This document shows, piece after piece, positions 36,182 through 45,786 of a stretch of 64,000 nucleotides of DNA. The stretch comes from a bacterium (GTDB taxonomy: Bacteria; Omnitrophota; Gorgyraeia; Zapsychrales; Zapsychraceae): NCBI GenBank assembly GCA_030429765.1, contig JAUIER010000001.1, forward strand, positions 129,302 to 193,301. The letters are read 5' to 3'. Made by a program: the position numbers and the translations under genes. Numbering within the stretch: position 1 is the first letter of the stretch; each line of letters opens with the position of its first letter. Below the pieces are notes generated by a model. The model was not told the origin of the DNA. It did not search any database and saw nothing but the letters and a program-made list of their open reading frames with translations.

Positions 36182-38095
36182 ATGGGGAAAAAATTCATTG
36201 TCAGAGTGCAAAATCAGTTTATAGTTTGTCTATGCCTTTCGCTGTTTTTTGTCAGCCGTCCCGCAGATGTTCTCGCCGAAAGTAATCCCGCCTCGGCCAA
36301 TTCAATAAAAAAAATACAACTGGATCCAATCATCGTCACAGCCCGACGTGTTTTCTCGGAAAGCGACAGCATTGCCGAAGATGTGGTGATCTATACAGCG
36401 GACGATCTTCACAAGATCGGGGCCCGCGATCTCGGCCAGGCGCTGCAGCATATTCCCGGCGTGGATGTCAGCGTGCGAACACAATTCGGTCAGGCCACCT
36501 CCGTATCGATCCAGGGTTCCGCCTCGCGTCAGGTGTTGGTCATGGTCGACGGAGTTCCTTTCAATACGCAGCTATCCGGTCAGGCCAATCCGACTCGCAT
36601 TCCCGTCGAGCACATCAAACAAATCGAGGTAATCAAAGGCGCGTCCTCCAGTGTCTGGGGATCCAGCCTCGGCGGAGTGATTAATGTCATCACCAAAAAT
36701 ACCGGTGAGACGGAAATTCCTCAGGGGACATTCACTACAAGTTTTGCCGAGTATCGAACGTTCAAGAACAGTTTAAGTCTGAGCGGAAAGATCGGTCAGC
36801 TCGGATATTTTGTATCCGGCAGCTATCTGGATACCGACGGGCCGATGTCTCATACAGATGTCGAAGAGCTCAAGACATACGCCAAGGTTTCCTATCCGCT
36901 GGGGGATTTAGCGGAGGTGATTGCGTCTTTTGGGTACAGCGGGGCGGATGTCCGTTTCGGTGTCAATCCCAACAACCGGATCATCGGACAGCCATACATT
37001 TCGCGTTACGGACAGATGACATTTCAAAGTGAAGATGAGTATGTGCGTTTTAGGATGTCGTTTAAATACAACGATCAGGACGTCATTACAGACATTTACA
37101 ACGCGTCGACCGGCGCGAATGTATCTTCAACCGTTAGCCGAAATCTGTATAAGGGGTTGAGTTTGAGTTCTGAGTTTGATCTGTTCGATGACGACTTACT
37201 TGTCGTCGGCGCGGATTTTGAATGGCAGCGACTCAAGTCCAATAATTTTCTATCTGAGTCCAAGAGTGTTCATGCTCAGGCGCCGTATATCAATTACCGG
37301 TTGCGTTGGGGGCGCTGGGATTTTATTCCGGGCGTACGGTATGATCACAATCAGCAGTTCGGCGAGCAGACAAGTCCGAGTATCGGGATTGTTCACCGGT
37401 TTAATGACCGTCGGAATACCCGGATCCGGCTGAAGGCGTCGCGCGGGTTTAACGCGCCGCCGCTTTTATGGATCTACAATAATGATCCGGGATTATTTGT
37501 CGGTCCCAATCCGGATTTGAAGCCTGAGCGTTCCGACTCTTATCAGATCGGCGTGACATCCGAGCTGACCGAAAATTTGGATTTGGAATTTAATGTCTTT
37601 CGTGCCGATATCCGGGACGCGATTGATCTGATATTTGATTCAACTAATTTTGTATTTGTTCAGCAAAATTTTGAAAAATTTCGTCGTCAAGGCGCGGAAC
37701 TGCTGGTGGATTATTCTATCAGTCCTGAACTATCCGTATATGCCAGCGGGGCATTTACAGACGTGGAAAACCGCGTGACAGGCAAGACGGTTCGCAGTTC
37801 ATCCGCGGCCCGTCAGCGGTACACGTTCGGTATCCGCTACCTGAACCGACGTCATCTGGGAGTCTATTTGTCCGGTTACTACAAACGATGGAGCTCCTCA
37901 GCAAGTTCACAGCCGAATGATCGTAAACCAATATTTGATCTAAAGCTCACCAAGGAATTCAAAGAGATCAAGGATAAAGTCGATCTAGAAGCGTTTCTCA
38001 TCATTCACAATCTCACCAACAGCAAGTATTGGTCTGTCGTGGATTTTCCATTGCCCAGACGCTATTTTGAGGGGGGAATCTCTCTTAGTTTCTAG
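36182..38095 (+). CDS. TonB-dependent outer-membrane receptor
   Basis: plug-domain signatures (IVTARR, TAxDLxKIGARDLGQAL, IEVIKGASSSVWGSSLGGVINVITK), beta-barrel, C-terminal F. Confidence 0.75.
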   Translation: MGKKFIVRVQNQFIVCLCLSLFFVSRPADVLAESNPASANSIKKIQLDPIIVTARRVFSESDSIAEDVVIYTADDLHKIGARDLGQALQHIPGVDVSVRTQFGQATSVSIQGSASRQVLVMVDGVPFNTQLSGQANPTRIPVEHIKQIEVIKGASSSVWGSSLGGVINVITKNTGETEIPQGTFTTSFAEYRTFKNSLSLSGKIGQLGYFVSGSYLDTDGPMSHTDVEELKTYAKVSYPLGDLAEVIASFGYSGADVRFGVNPNNRIIGQPYISRYGQMTFQSEDEYVRFRMSFKYNDQDVITDIYNASTGANVSSTVSRNLYKGLSLSSEFDLFDDDLLVVGADFEWQRLKSNNFLSESKSVHAQAPYINYRLRWGRWDFIPGVRYDHNQQFGEQTSPSIGIVHRFNDRRNTRIRLKASRGFNAPPLLWIYNNDPGLFVGPNPDLKPERSDSYQIGVTSELTENLDLEFNVFRADIRDAIDLIFDSTNFVFVQQNFEKFRRQGAELLVDYSISPELSVYASGAFTDVENRVTGKTVRSSSAARQRYTFGIRYLNRRHLGVYLSGYYKRWSSSASSQPNDRKPIFDLKLTKEFKEIKDKVDLEAFLIIHNLTNSKYWSVVDFPLPRRYFEGGISLSF

Positions 38096-38267
38096 ATACT
38101 CAGATTTTTAATTTGAGTATTTTGAATGACTTTGAACGCTTTTACATTAGTAGGTAGAAAAAAGTCAGTTATTGACCCATTGAAACCATTACAAAAAGAA
38201 ACAAACAAGGCTAGAGTATGATTAAGCTAGTCAGATCAGCCGGTTAACACACCGAAAATATAAATCG

Positions 38268-39920
38268 ATGTCAAAAGCAGGAATCAGAGTAATGATTATT
38301 TGCAGCCTCCTAGTCATGACAGGTTTGGATCCGGAACACGTCGAGGCCACGGATCGAAGACACTTGGCGACGGCAGAATCCTACCATAAGTCAGGGATGG
38401 GCCAGCCTGTGCCCGGTGGGACTTTAGCATGGGGGACGGTGAATGCCCCATCGATTATCAATCCTGTATTGACTGTCACCAGCGTGTCTTCCTCCTTGCT
38501 GGAGTTGCTTTTTGATTCACTGATAAGACTGGATTATCAGGGAAAGTTGGTTCCGGGCTTGGCCAAGTCGTGGACGGTCTCACCGGACAAGTTGGAGTAT
38601 ACCTTTTATTTGCACGAAAATATCTTTTTTCATGACGGACATCCTCTGACCGCGGAGGATGTCAAATTCACCTTTGAGTTAGTGGAAGATCCGGCGGTGA
38701 GATCTCCGAAGAAGTCCAAGCAGGATGATATCGTTTCCTGGACGATTATAGATCCCTACACATTCAAAATCCGGCTGAGTAAGCCGGCGGAAACAGTTCT
38801 CTATAAATTTACCATCGAAATTTTGCCGAAACATATTTTTGAAACGGAGGATATTCGGCTGTCTCGCTACAACTACGCGCCAATAGGTTCGGGGCCTTAC
38901 AAGTTTAACTCCTGGGATCACGACACCAATCAGATCGAACTGGATGCAAATGAACAATATTTTGAAGGACGGCCTAATATCGACAAAATCATTGTCAAAA
39001 CCTATCAGGACAACACTCAGCTATGGACGGCCTTGATGCGAAATGATGTCGATTTGGTGCTATATCTTAATCCGAATGATTTTGAAATTCTGCGTAAGGA
39101 TGGGGCCTTTAAAACCTATGAAATTGCGTGGGAAATGTATCTCGGAATTGCTTATAACCTGAATGATCCCATCTTAAGTGATCAAAGGATCCGCCGGGCT
39201 ATTGCCAAGAGTGTGGATCGGCGTGCGATTTTAGACCAGGTGGGGATGCCGGGACGAATTGCCAATGGTCCGTTCCATCCGTTGTCCATTGGTTTTAATC
39301 GGGATGTCAAGCCGATAGAATATGATCCAGTTGAGGCGATAAGAAGTCTGGAAGAATTGGGCTGGTCGTCCATGGATTATGACGGGATCAGAATGCGGGG
39401 CGATGAAAAGTTTGTCTTACGTTTGCTTGTTGACGCCAGTGATCGAAATTATATGCGGGTAGCTCAAGTCCTTCGTCAACAGTTGTCAGCGGTGGGCATT
39501 CGTCTGGAGGTTGTCCTCTATGAAGATGAGTCTGAGCTGACGGAAGATTTTCTCTCGATGCATCGACCGCAGGCCTGGCTGCGATTCTTTGACGGAACGG
39601 GCCACGACTACAGCGGTAATGGTCCATTGATGAACTGGTTCGTCGATGAGGGGTCCCTGAATCGTTTGTGGGCCTATTCAGATGACCGAGTGCAGGAAAT
39701 TTATGACCAGGGACGGAACACGACGGACATGATCGTCCGTGACAGATTATACAAGCAAGTACATCAGATTATCTATGACGGTCAGCCGGTGCTCTTTATG
39801 TATTTCCCGACGAGTTATCACGCGGTGTCGAGCCGCATCCACAATACGGACTATTTATTCAATATAAATATGCCTGTAAATGTTATAAAAGATTGGCATA
39901 TTCCGGTAAATTCAAATTAA
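38268..39920 (+). CDS. extracellular solute-binding protein, family 5 (Opp/Dpp/Nik-type peptide/nickel binding)
   Basis: 550 aa, signal peptide, family-5 SBP pattern (GTLAWGTVNAPSIINPVL...LIRLDYQGKLVPGLAKSW); no cognate permease/ATPase genes adjacent. Confidence 0.7.
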   Translation: MSKAGIRVMIICSLLVMTGLDPEHVEATDRRHLATAESYHKSGMGQPVPGGTLAWGTVNAPSIINPVLTVTSVSSSLLELLFDSLIRLDYQGKLVPGLAKSWTVSPDKLEYTFYLHENIFFHDGHPLTAEDVKFTFELVEDPAVRSPKKSKQDDIVSWTIIDPYTFKIRLSKPAETVLYKFTIEILPKHIFETEDIRLSRYNYAPIGSGPYKFNSWDHDTNQIELDANEQYFEGRPNIDKIIVKTYQDNTQLWTALMRNDVDLVLYLNPNDFEILRKDGAFKTYEIAWEMYLGIAYNLNDPILSDQRIRRAIAKSVDRRAILDQVGMPGRIANGPFHPLSIGFNRDVKPIEYDPVEAIRSLEELGWSSMDYDGIRMRGDEKFVLRLLVDASDRNYMRVAQVLRQQLSAVGIRLEVVLYEDESELTEDFLSMHRPQAWLRFFDGTGHDYSGNGPLMNWFVDEGSLNRLWAYSDDRVQEIYDQGRNTTDMIVRDRLYKQVHQIIYDGQPVLFMYFPTSYHAVSSRIHNTDYLFNINMPVNVIKDWHIPVNSN

Positions 39921-39944
39921 TTGGCGAAGGGGGTGAATAAATCA

Positions 39945-40067
39945 ATGGGAGAAATCAAAATTATCAATAAAGGCACCGATGATGTTAATCAAATGGCCGC
40001 CTTAGGCTGCTGTTGGCCGCCGGGCACCGAAACGATGGTGCGACCGAACGAAGAGGAAGCCAAGTAG
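39945..40067 (+). CDS. candidate RiPP precursor peptide (40 aa) MGEIKIINKGTDDVNQMAALGCCWPPGTETMVRPNEEEAK
   Basis: Not in the ORF track (below length cutoff). Strong RBS AAGGGGGTG 9 nt upstream of ATG. Sits 34 nt upstream of the radical-SAM/SPASM gene. Charged leader-like N-half and a Cys-Cys-Trp-Pro-Pro core. Confidence 0.45.
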   Translation: MGEIKIINKGTDDVNQMAALGCCWPPGTETMVRPNEEEAK

Positions 40068-40101
40068 TATTCCATAGATATGCTGGGGCACGATTCTTTT
40101 A

Positions 40102-41550
40102 GTGATCCCGCATAGGCCGACCTCAAAAGAATTTTGCTCCAGCATGTTTACAAATTCTTTATCAAGGAAAGATATGCAATTTTCCAGTCATACTATTATT
40201 GTTGAACAGTATCCTCAGCCCGACGAGCACCTGCTGTACAACACACGGACCCAGGCCCTGGTCAAGATACCGGCCGCTGTTAAGACGGCGATTGAGACAT
40301 ATGACTCGTCGGAAGTCAGCGCGGTATCGCGCTATCAAGAAGATCTGGATGTTCTTTACCGGATGGGTCTGATCGTAAACAACTTGGAGGAAGATCTACA
40401 GAGAATCAAAGATCACATGCGGCAACTGAAATCTTCCGTGGATCGCAAATCATTTCCGGTGACACTGCTGACAACATACGCCTGCAACTTAAAGTGCAGT
40501 TATTGCTTTGAAGAGTCATCGAGGACCAACGAAAAAATGCCGCCGGATACTCAGCAGCAGGCCATGACATGGCTCAAGAGCAAGCTCATCGAACAGCGTT
40601 ATCAGAAACTATATTTGACGTTTTATGGTGGTGAACCATTGGCTAACAAGCCGGCGATTAAAACAATAGCCACTCATATGCAGCAATGGTGCCGCGACAG
40701 GGGAATCGAGTTTAATTTCATGCTGCAGACCAACGGATATCTGATGACGCCTGATTTGATCCGTCAATATCTCAAGCTGGGACTTAATCAAGTCCGAATT
40801 TCCGTTGATGGAGTGGGGCAGGAGCATGATAAGTACCGACCGCTTCGAAAAGGTGGTGGATCATTTGATGTCATCATGAAGAATATCCTTGATTGCTGCG
40901 ACCTGGTCCTCATTGGGATTTCCGTCAGCTATGAAAAAGGCCAGGTTGAAAAGATAGATCGCCTGTTCGATTATCTTGATGATCTAGGTATATTACACAA
41001 GCTCGGGCGGTTTTTATTTTCGCCGATCCACGCGACACTTGGTCCGGAAGGCCATCCGGAGTACATTCAGAATTCCAGCTGTATGTGCAATTATGACGAT
41101 CAGATGCTGGTCGAATCGCAGCGGAAAATAAATCGTTATATGCAGCAACGCGGTTTGCCGATGCGAAGCGGTATGTCCACATCTGTTTGCCCGGTAACGC
41201 GTGATGAAGCAGGAATAACCATCGACCAGAAGGGATATCTTTATAAGTGTAATTCCATGCTTGGTCACAAAGAATTTTCGACAGGACACGTATCGGAAGC
41301 CGAGTACAACGAGCGTCATCAGGAATTCTTGGGGCTGGATGTCTGGAAGCAGTGTCCGGTCGATTGCACGTACATGCCGATGTGCAGCGGCGGCTGCCGG
41401 CTGTCTTCATTTTTGAATAATCAGCATTTTAATCGGCCCACATGCCATAAGCCTTATTTAAATCGTATGGCGAGGGAATTTATCATTAAAGACTATGAAA
41501 GGATTATGACTCAACAAAAGGAGATTCAGCAGGAGCAGATAGTCAGATAA
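40102..41550 (+). CDS. radical SAM / SPASM-domain peptide-modifying enzyme with N-terminal RRE-like extension
   Basis: CNLKCSYCFEE (CX3CX2C); C-terminal auxiliary-cluster cysteines CPVDCTYMPMCSGGCR (SPASM); about 115-aa N-terminal region before the rSAM core. Confidence 0.8.
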   Translation: MIPHRPTSKEFCSSMFTNSLSRKDMQFSSHTIIVEQYPQPDEHLLYNTRTQALVKIPAAVKTAIETYDSSEVSAVSRYQEDLDVLYRMGLIVNNLEEDLQRIKDHMRQLKSSVDRKSFPVTLLTTYACNLKCSYCFEESSRTNEKMPPDTQQQAMTWLKSKLIEQRYQKLYLTFYGGEPLANKPAIKTIATHMQQWCRDRGIEFNFMLQTNGYLMTPDLIRQYLKLGLNQVRISVDGVGQEHDKYRPLRKGGGSFDVIMKNILDCCDLVLIGISVSYEKGQVEKIDRLFDYLDDLGILHKLGRFLFSPIHATLGPEGHPEYIQNSSCMCNYDDQMLVESQRKINRYMQQRGLPMRSGMSTSVCPVTRDEAGITIDQKGYLYKCNSMLGHKEFSTGHVSEAEYNERHQEFLGLDVWKQCPVDCTYMPMCSGGCRLSSFLNNQHFNRPTCHKPYLNRMAREFIIKDYERIMTQQKEIQQEQIVR

Positions 41551-41565
41551 TCGTCAGGTTGACGT

Positions 41566-43296
41566 ATGTCCTTTACCCGGATCCTGAGGCCCTTTAGCGC
41601 CCGGATACAATGCATTATATTGTGCATTTTTTTCTCAAACGCGATGGTCATGGTGATGCCCTGGGGTATCAAAATGATCGTCGACGGTCTGCAGGCGCGC
41701 GGAGGGATTGAGGTTATCAATTGGGTCGTTGGGGTCATACTCGCGGCTACTATTATCAGGGGTATTCTGAACTATCTGAAAAATGTTTTCAGCCATAGCG
41801 TAGGGGAGCAATTGATATGTCGTATGCGTGAAGAGATTTATGATCACGTCCATCAATTGCCGCTGGCGGAGCTGCAACGGATCACACCGTCGAGGATCCT
41901 GACCCGTCTGACGGGGGACCTGGACAATCTGCGACGATTTTTGTTCTGTGATATTGTCGAGTTTATTTACGGGGCGTTGAGTATCCTCTTGATATTTTCA
42001 ATCCTGATGATTATCAACGCACGTCTGACGTTGGCGGCCTTGCTGTTCTATCCGGTTTTTCTGGTCATGTATTTCCGAAGGATGCCGCTATTAAAACAGC
42101 ATTATCGTGGAATCAGAGAGCATTGGGGAGAAATTTCGTCCCGGATTAACGAAGTCATTCAGGGGATGCCGACCGTCAGAAGTTGCGGGGCCTATCGGCA
42201 CGAAATGGCACGCTTATCGGAACGGCACGGTAATCTCATCGAAGATTCGATGCAGGCGCATCGTCTGAACATTCGGCTGGGCGGACTGGCCGAATTTGCG
42301 TCCACCTTGGGAATTCTGACGGTGCTTTGGCTAGGCTCACGGGATGTACTGGCCCAACGGATGACGGTGGGAGAATTGATTGCGTTCTATTCGTATATCG
42401 GGATGCTGTTCGCGCCGTTGATTCGCATGGTGATGATTAACACGTCATATCAGGAAGCATCGGCGGCGTTGGATCGAATCAATCACATTTTGGAATGTGA
42501 TCGACTGGCTGACGCGGCCAAGCCTCTGGAAGATGATTACCGGTCGGGGGGACGTGTTGTCTTTGACAGTGTCTCATTCGGGTATGATCCGCCGGTGAAT
42601 GTGGTTGAGAATCTGAATTTTTGTATTCAGCCGGGGGAAAATGTGGGTATCGTCGGCGTCAGCGGTGCGGGAAAGAGTACGCTGATCAATTTGCTGCTCG
42701 GGTTTTACCGGCCGCAATCAGGAAAAATCCTGCTGGATGGTCGTACCATCGAAGACATGGGAGCGGCGACGTATCGTCAGCAAATGGCTGTGGTTTTGCA
42801 GGACTCGTATATGTTCAGCGGAACCATCCGTGAGAATATCGCGTACGGACGTCCTGAGGCTGATTTTTTGGAAATCCAGATGGTGGCCGAGATCGCGCAA
42901 ATCGATGACTACATTCGGTCGTTACCTCAGGGGTACGAAACGAAAGTCGGTGAACGCGGCCTGAATCTGTCAGGAGGACAGCGGCAGCGGATGGCTATCG
43001 CGCGGGCATTGCTGCGTAACCCAACGGTGTTGATTCTCGATGAGGCCACGTCCGCGTTGGATGCCATGACCGAAAATCGGGTGCAGCAGGCTCTCAGCCG
43101 CTATATGCGCGGCAAGACCATGATCACGGTGGCGCACCGTTATTCGACGATCATAGAGACGGATCGGATTATGGTGATTGATCGGGGACAAATCGTAGAG
43201 AATGGTACACACGATCAGTTGTTCGGTCTCAAGGGAATATATTACAAGATATACTCGGAACAGTTTAAGGATAACGATATACCAGTACCTTCATAA
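41566..43296 (+). CDS. ABC transporter, fused permease/ATP-binding exporter (no peptidase domain)
   Basis: 6 TM + Walker A GVSGAGKST, signature LSGGQRQR, Walker B LILDEATS. Confidence 0.85.
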   Translation: MSFTRILRPFSARIQCIILCIFFSNAMVMVMPWGIKMIVDGLQARGGIEVINWVVGVILAATIIRGILNYLKNVFSHSVGEQLICRMREEIYDHVHQLPLAELQRITPSRILTRLTGDLDNLRRFLFCDIVEFIYGALSILLIFSILMIINARLTLAALLFYPVFLVMYFRRMPLLKQHYRGIREHWGEISSRINEVIQGMPTVRSCGAYRHEMARLSERHGNLIEDSMQAHRLNIRLGGLAEFASTLGILTVLWLGSRDVLAQRMTVGELIAFYSYIGMLFAPLIRMVMINTSYQEASAALDRINHILECDRLADAAKPLEDDYRSGGRVVFDSVSFGYDPPVNVVENLNFCIQPGENVGIVGVSGAGKSTLINLLLGFYRPQSGKILLDGRTIEDMGAATYRQQMAVVLQDSYMFSGTIRENIAYGRPEADFLEIQMVAEIAQIDDYIRSLPQGYETKVGERGLNLSGGQRQRMAIARALLRNPTVLILDEATSALDAMTENRVQQALSRYMRGKTMITVAHRYSTIIETDRIMVIDRGQIVENGTHDQLFGLKGIYYKIYSEQFKDNDIPVPS

Positions 43297-43298
43297 AA

Positions 43299-45041
43299 AT
43301 GAAAAAGATACAGAACGTAATCAATAAATTATTTCCACGTGAAATTTCACTGCAGATTTTCGTGGTGCTGGCCCTACTGGTTGTTGTTCCATTGGTGCTC
43401 CTGGGTTTACTGTTGATTAACACGAGTCAGAACGCAATTCAGACAACCGTGTTGCGGGATCACCAGGAAGTGGCCACGCACGCGACAGGCGCGGTCAAGG
43501 AGCATGTGCGTGCCGCCCAGGGCACGATGAAATTGACGGCCTCCATACTTGGTGCATTGCATGCGGATCCTTGGCGGCAGGAGACCGTCCTCGTCGAACT
43601 CGCCATGCGAAATTCGTCATTTGAGCGGGTGTCCACCATCGATTTAAACGGGAGAGAGCTGGCGACGTCTTTCCTGGGCTCGCCATTAAGGGATATCTCG
43701 GACAGAGAGGGATTCAAAGCGGCGGCACGGGGTGAAGCGTATATCGCTAAGGTGCGTATTTCGCCTGAACATGAGCCGTTCGTCGAACTTTACGAACCCA
43801 TTCTTCAGTTTGGACGCGTTTCAGGGGTTCTCTCAGCAAGGTTTAATCTGCGAAGTGTCTGGAATATTGTCGACGGGATACATTTTGGTGAAACCGGACA
43901 TGCCTACTTGATCGACGGGGAACGCCGGATTATCGCCCATCCGGACAAGAAGCGGGTACTTCAAACCGTCGGAATGGACTTTTCGGAGCCCACCAGGGGA
44001 GAGTCGCAGCATGAAAACCTGTTTAATCCCAATGACTGGCTGTTGTCCCGGGCATCGATTCCCGAACTAAACTGGACCCTGGTGATCCTTCAGCCTAAAC
44101 GGGAAGCATACACATTTATATCAACGATGCGCGATCAATCATTGATTCTGATCTTATTGGCGATTGTCGCGACGATTGTTATCAGCCGGTTACTCTCCAA
44201 ATTCATGAGCCGTCCACTTCGGACATTAATCGAAGCGACCGAACATGTTGCTAACGAAGATTTTGATTATCGATTGCGAATTCCCCGTCGGGATGAGTTT
44301 GGTAAATTATTTTACGCCTTTAACAAGATGATCGCTCGTATTGATGAAGGGCGGCGGATGCAAAAGCTGTCTACCATCGGTAGTGCCGCGACCGCCATTG
44401 CCTATGAGCTGAAAAATTCATTAGTCGCCGTGGATACGTACATCCAGTTACTGCCCGAAAGGCATAAAGATAGACAGTTTATCGAAGATTTTTCGCGGAC
44501 AGTCCCGCAGGAATTAAATTCCTGGAAGAATATGCTTGTGAATATTACCGACTACGCGAAGTTTTTGCAGTTTAGCAAACACGATGTGGATATCAATGCG
44601 TTGGTCCGGGATGTGGCCACTTTGGCGAAACAGCGGGCCAAACAAAAAGGGGTTGATTTTGAGATGCATATGGATCAGTCATTGCCGTGCATCAACGGAA
44701 ATGAGGCCAAGCTTAAGCAGGTGTTTTTGAACCTGATCAATAACGCCTTGGCCGCCACGCCGGAGGGAGGCAAAATTTGCTTTTCCACAGACCTGGTGGG
44801 AGCGTCGGATGATCCCAATTGTTCGCACGTCCGCGTGACGGTTAAGGATACGGGTGAGGGGCTGTCATCGGATGAGTTAAAGAAAGTTTTTGAACCATTT
44901 TATACCACTAAACATGATGGATTAGGATTAGGACTCTCCATTAGCAATGAGATCGTGATGGCCCATGGAGGCCGCATGGATGTGGAGAGCCAAAAACAAA
45001 AAGGGGCGGCATTTACCGTACAAATACCAACAGCAGTTTAA
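43299..45041 (+). CDS. membrane sensor kinase of NtrB-like type with periplasmic sensor domain and HAMP; phospho-acceptor His replaced by Tyr
   Basis: 2 TM flanking a ~230-aa periplasmic domain; HAMP; DHp box reads AIAYELKNSL instead of AHEIRNPL; intact N box (NLINNALAAT), G1 (DTGEGL), F (FEPFYTTK), G2 (GLGLGLSIS). Confidence 0.7.
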   Translation: MKKIQNVINKLFPREISLQIFVVLALLVVVPLVLLGLLLINTSQNAIQTTVLRDHQEVATHATGAVKEHVRAAQGTMKLTASILGALHADPWRQETVLVELAMRNSSFERVSTIDLNGRELATSFLGSPLRDISDREGFKAAARGEAYIAKVRISPEHEPFVELYEPILQFGRVSGVLSARFNLRSVWNIVDGIHFGETGHAYLIDGERRIIAHPDKKRVLQTVGMDFSEPTRGESQHENLFNPNDWLLSRASIPELNWTLVILQPKREAYTFISTMRDQSLILILLAIVATIVISRLLSKFMSRPLRTLIEATEHVANEDFDYRLRIPRRDEFGKLFYAFNKMIARIDEGRRMQKLSTIGSAATAIAYELKNSLVAVDTYIQLLPERHKDRQFIEDFSRTVPQELNSWKNMLVNITDYAKFLQFSKHDVDINALVRDVATLAKQRAKQKGVDFEMHMDQSLPCINGNEAKLKQVFLNLINNALAATPEGGKICFSTDLVGASDDPNCSHVRVTVKDTGEGLSSDELKKVFEPFYTTKHDGLGLGLSISNEIVMAHGGRMDVESQKQKGAAFTVQIPTAV

Positions 45042-45059
45042 TCCAGACGGGGAAATAAT

Positions 45060-45785
45060 ATGTTATGTGACAAGATCATGGTGGTCGACGACGACCCGCG
45101 AATTATCGCCGGTATCAAACTGGTCCTTAACGAGTACGAGATTGTCGGGTTTCGGGATGGCCGAAGCGCGCTTGAATATTTATCCAAGCCCAACGAAATC
45201 CGCTTTGTATGCCTGGACGTGTATCTCAACAATGAAAATGGTTTGGACATCCTCAAAGAGATGAAGCGCATCAATCCGAATCTGATTGTCCTGGTGATGA
45301 CGGCCTTCGGATCGATGGATGTGGCGGTTCAGGCCTTGCGGTATCACGCCGATGACTTTATAGAAAAACCGTTCGATGTCGAGGATCTCAGACAGAAAGT
45401 TAAAAATCACATCAAGAACACATCGTTTCTGGACACCATGGCCAATGACCAGGATCATCGTATTGAGCGGATCCGGACGTTTGTGGAACGAAACTACACG
45501 AATGTGTCGTTAGAAACAATTGCCAACGAAATGTGTTTGAGTGAAAAATATGTCAGCCGGATGTTCAAAAAGAAAAATAAGACCAGTTTCCGTACATACA
45601 AACTGGACTTGAAGATTGAACGGGCCAAAAAGTTGCTGGAAGAGACATCCTATAACGTGACCCAAATATCCGAACAATTGGGATATCAGAATCCGGAATC
45701 ATTTATGCGCATCTTCCGCAAACTAGCAGGGATGACACCGACGCAGTACCGTAAGTCCGTCAAGAATCAAAAGGCGGGGTCCTGA
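45060..45785 (+). CDS. response regulator with CheY-like receiver and C-terminal AraC-family HTH
   Basis: VVDDD, FVCLDVYL (phospho-Asp), VMTAFG, FIEKPF; AraC HTH region (LSEKYVSRMFKK...GYQNPESFMRIFRKLAGMTPTQYRK). Confidence 0.8.
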   Translation: MLCDKIMVVDDDPRIIAGIKLVLNEYEIVGFRDGRSALEYLSKPNEIRFVCLDVYLNNENGLDILKEMKRINPNLIVLVMTAFGSMDVAVQALRYHADDFIEKPFDVEDLRQKVKNHIKNTSFLDTMANDQDHRIERIRTFVERNYTNVSLETIANEMCLSEKYVSRMFKKKNKTSFRTYKLDLKIERAKKLLEETSYNVTQISEQLGYQNPESFMRIFRKLAGMTPTQYRKSVKNQKAGS

Positions 45786-45786
45786 T

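Noticed and set aside
40925-41410. 161-aa minus-strand ORF inside the radical-SAM gene
   Set aside because: Antisense to a gene with unmistakable CX3CX2C and SPASM motifs.
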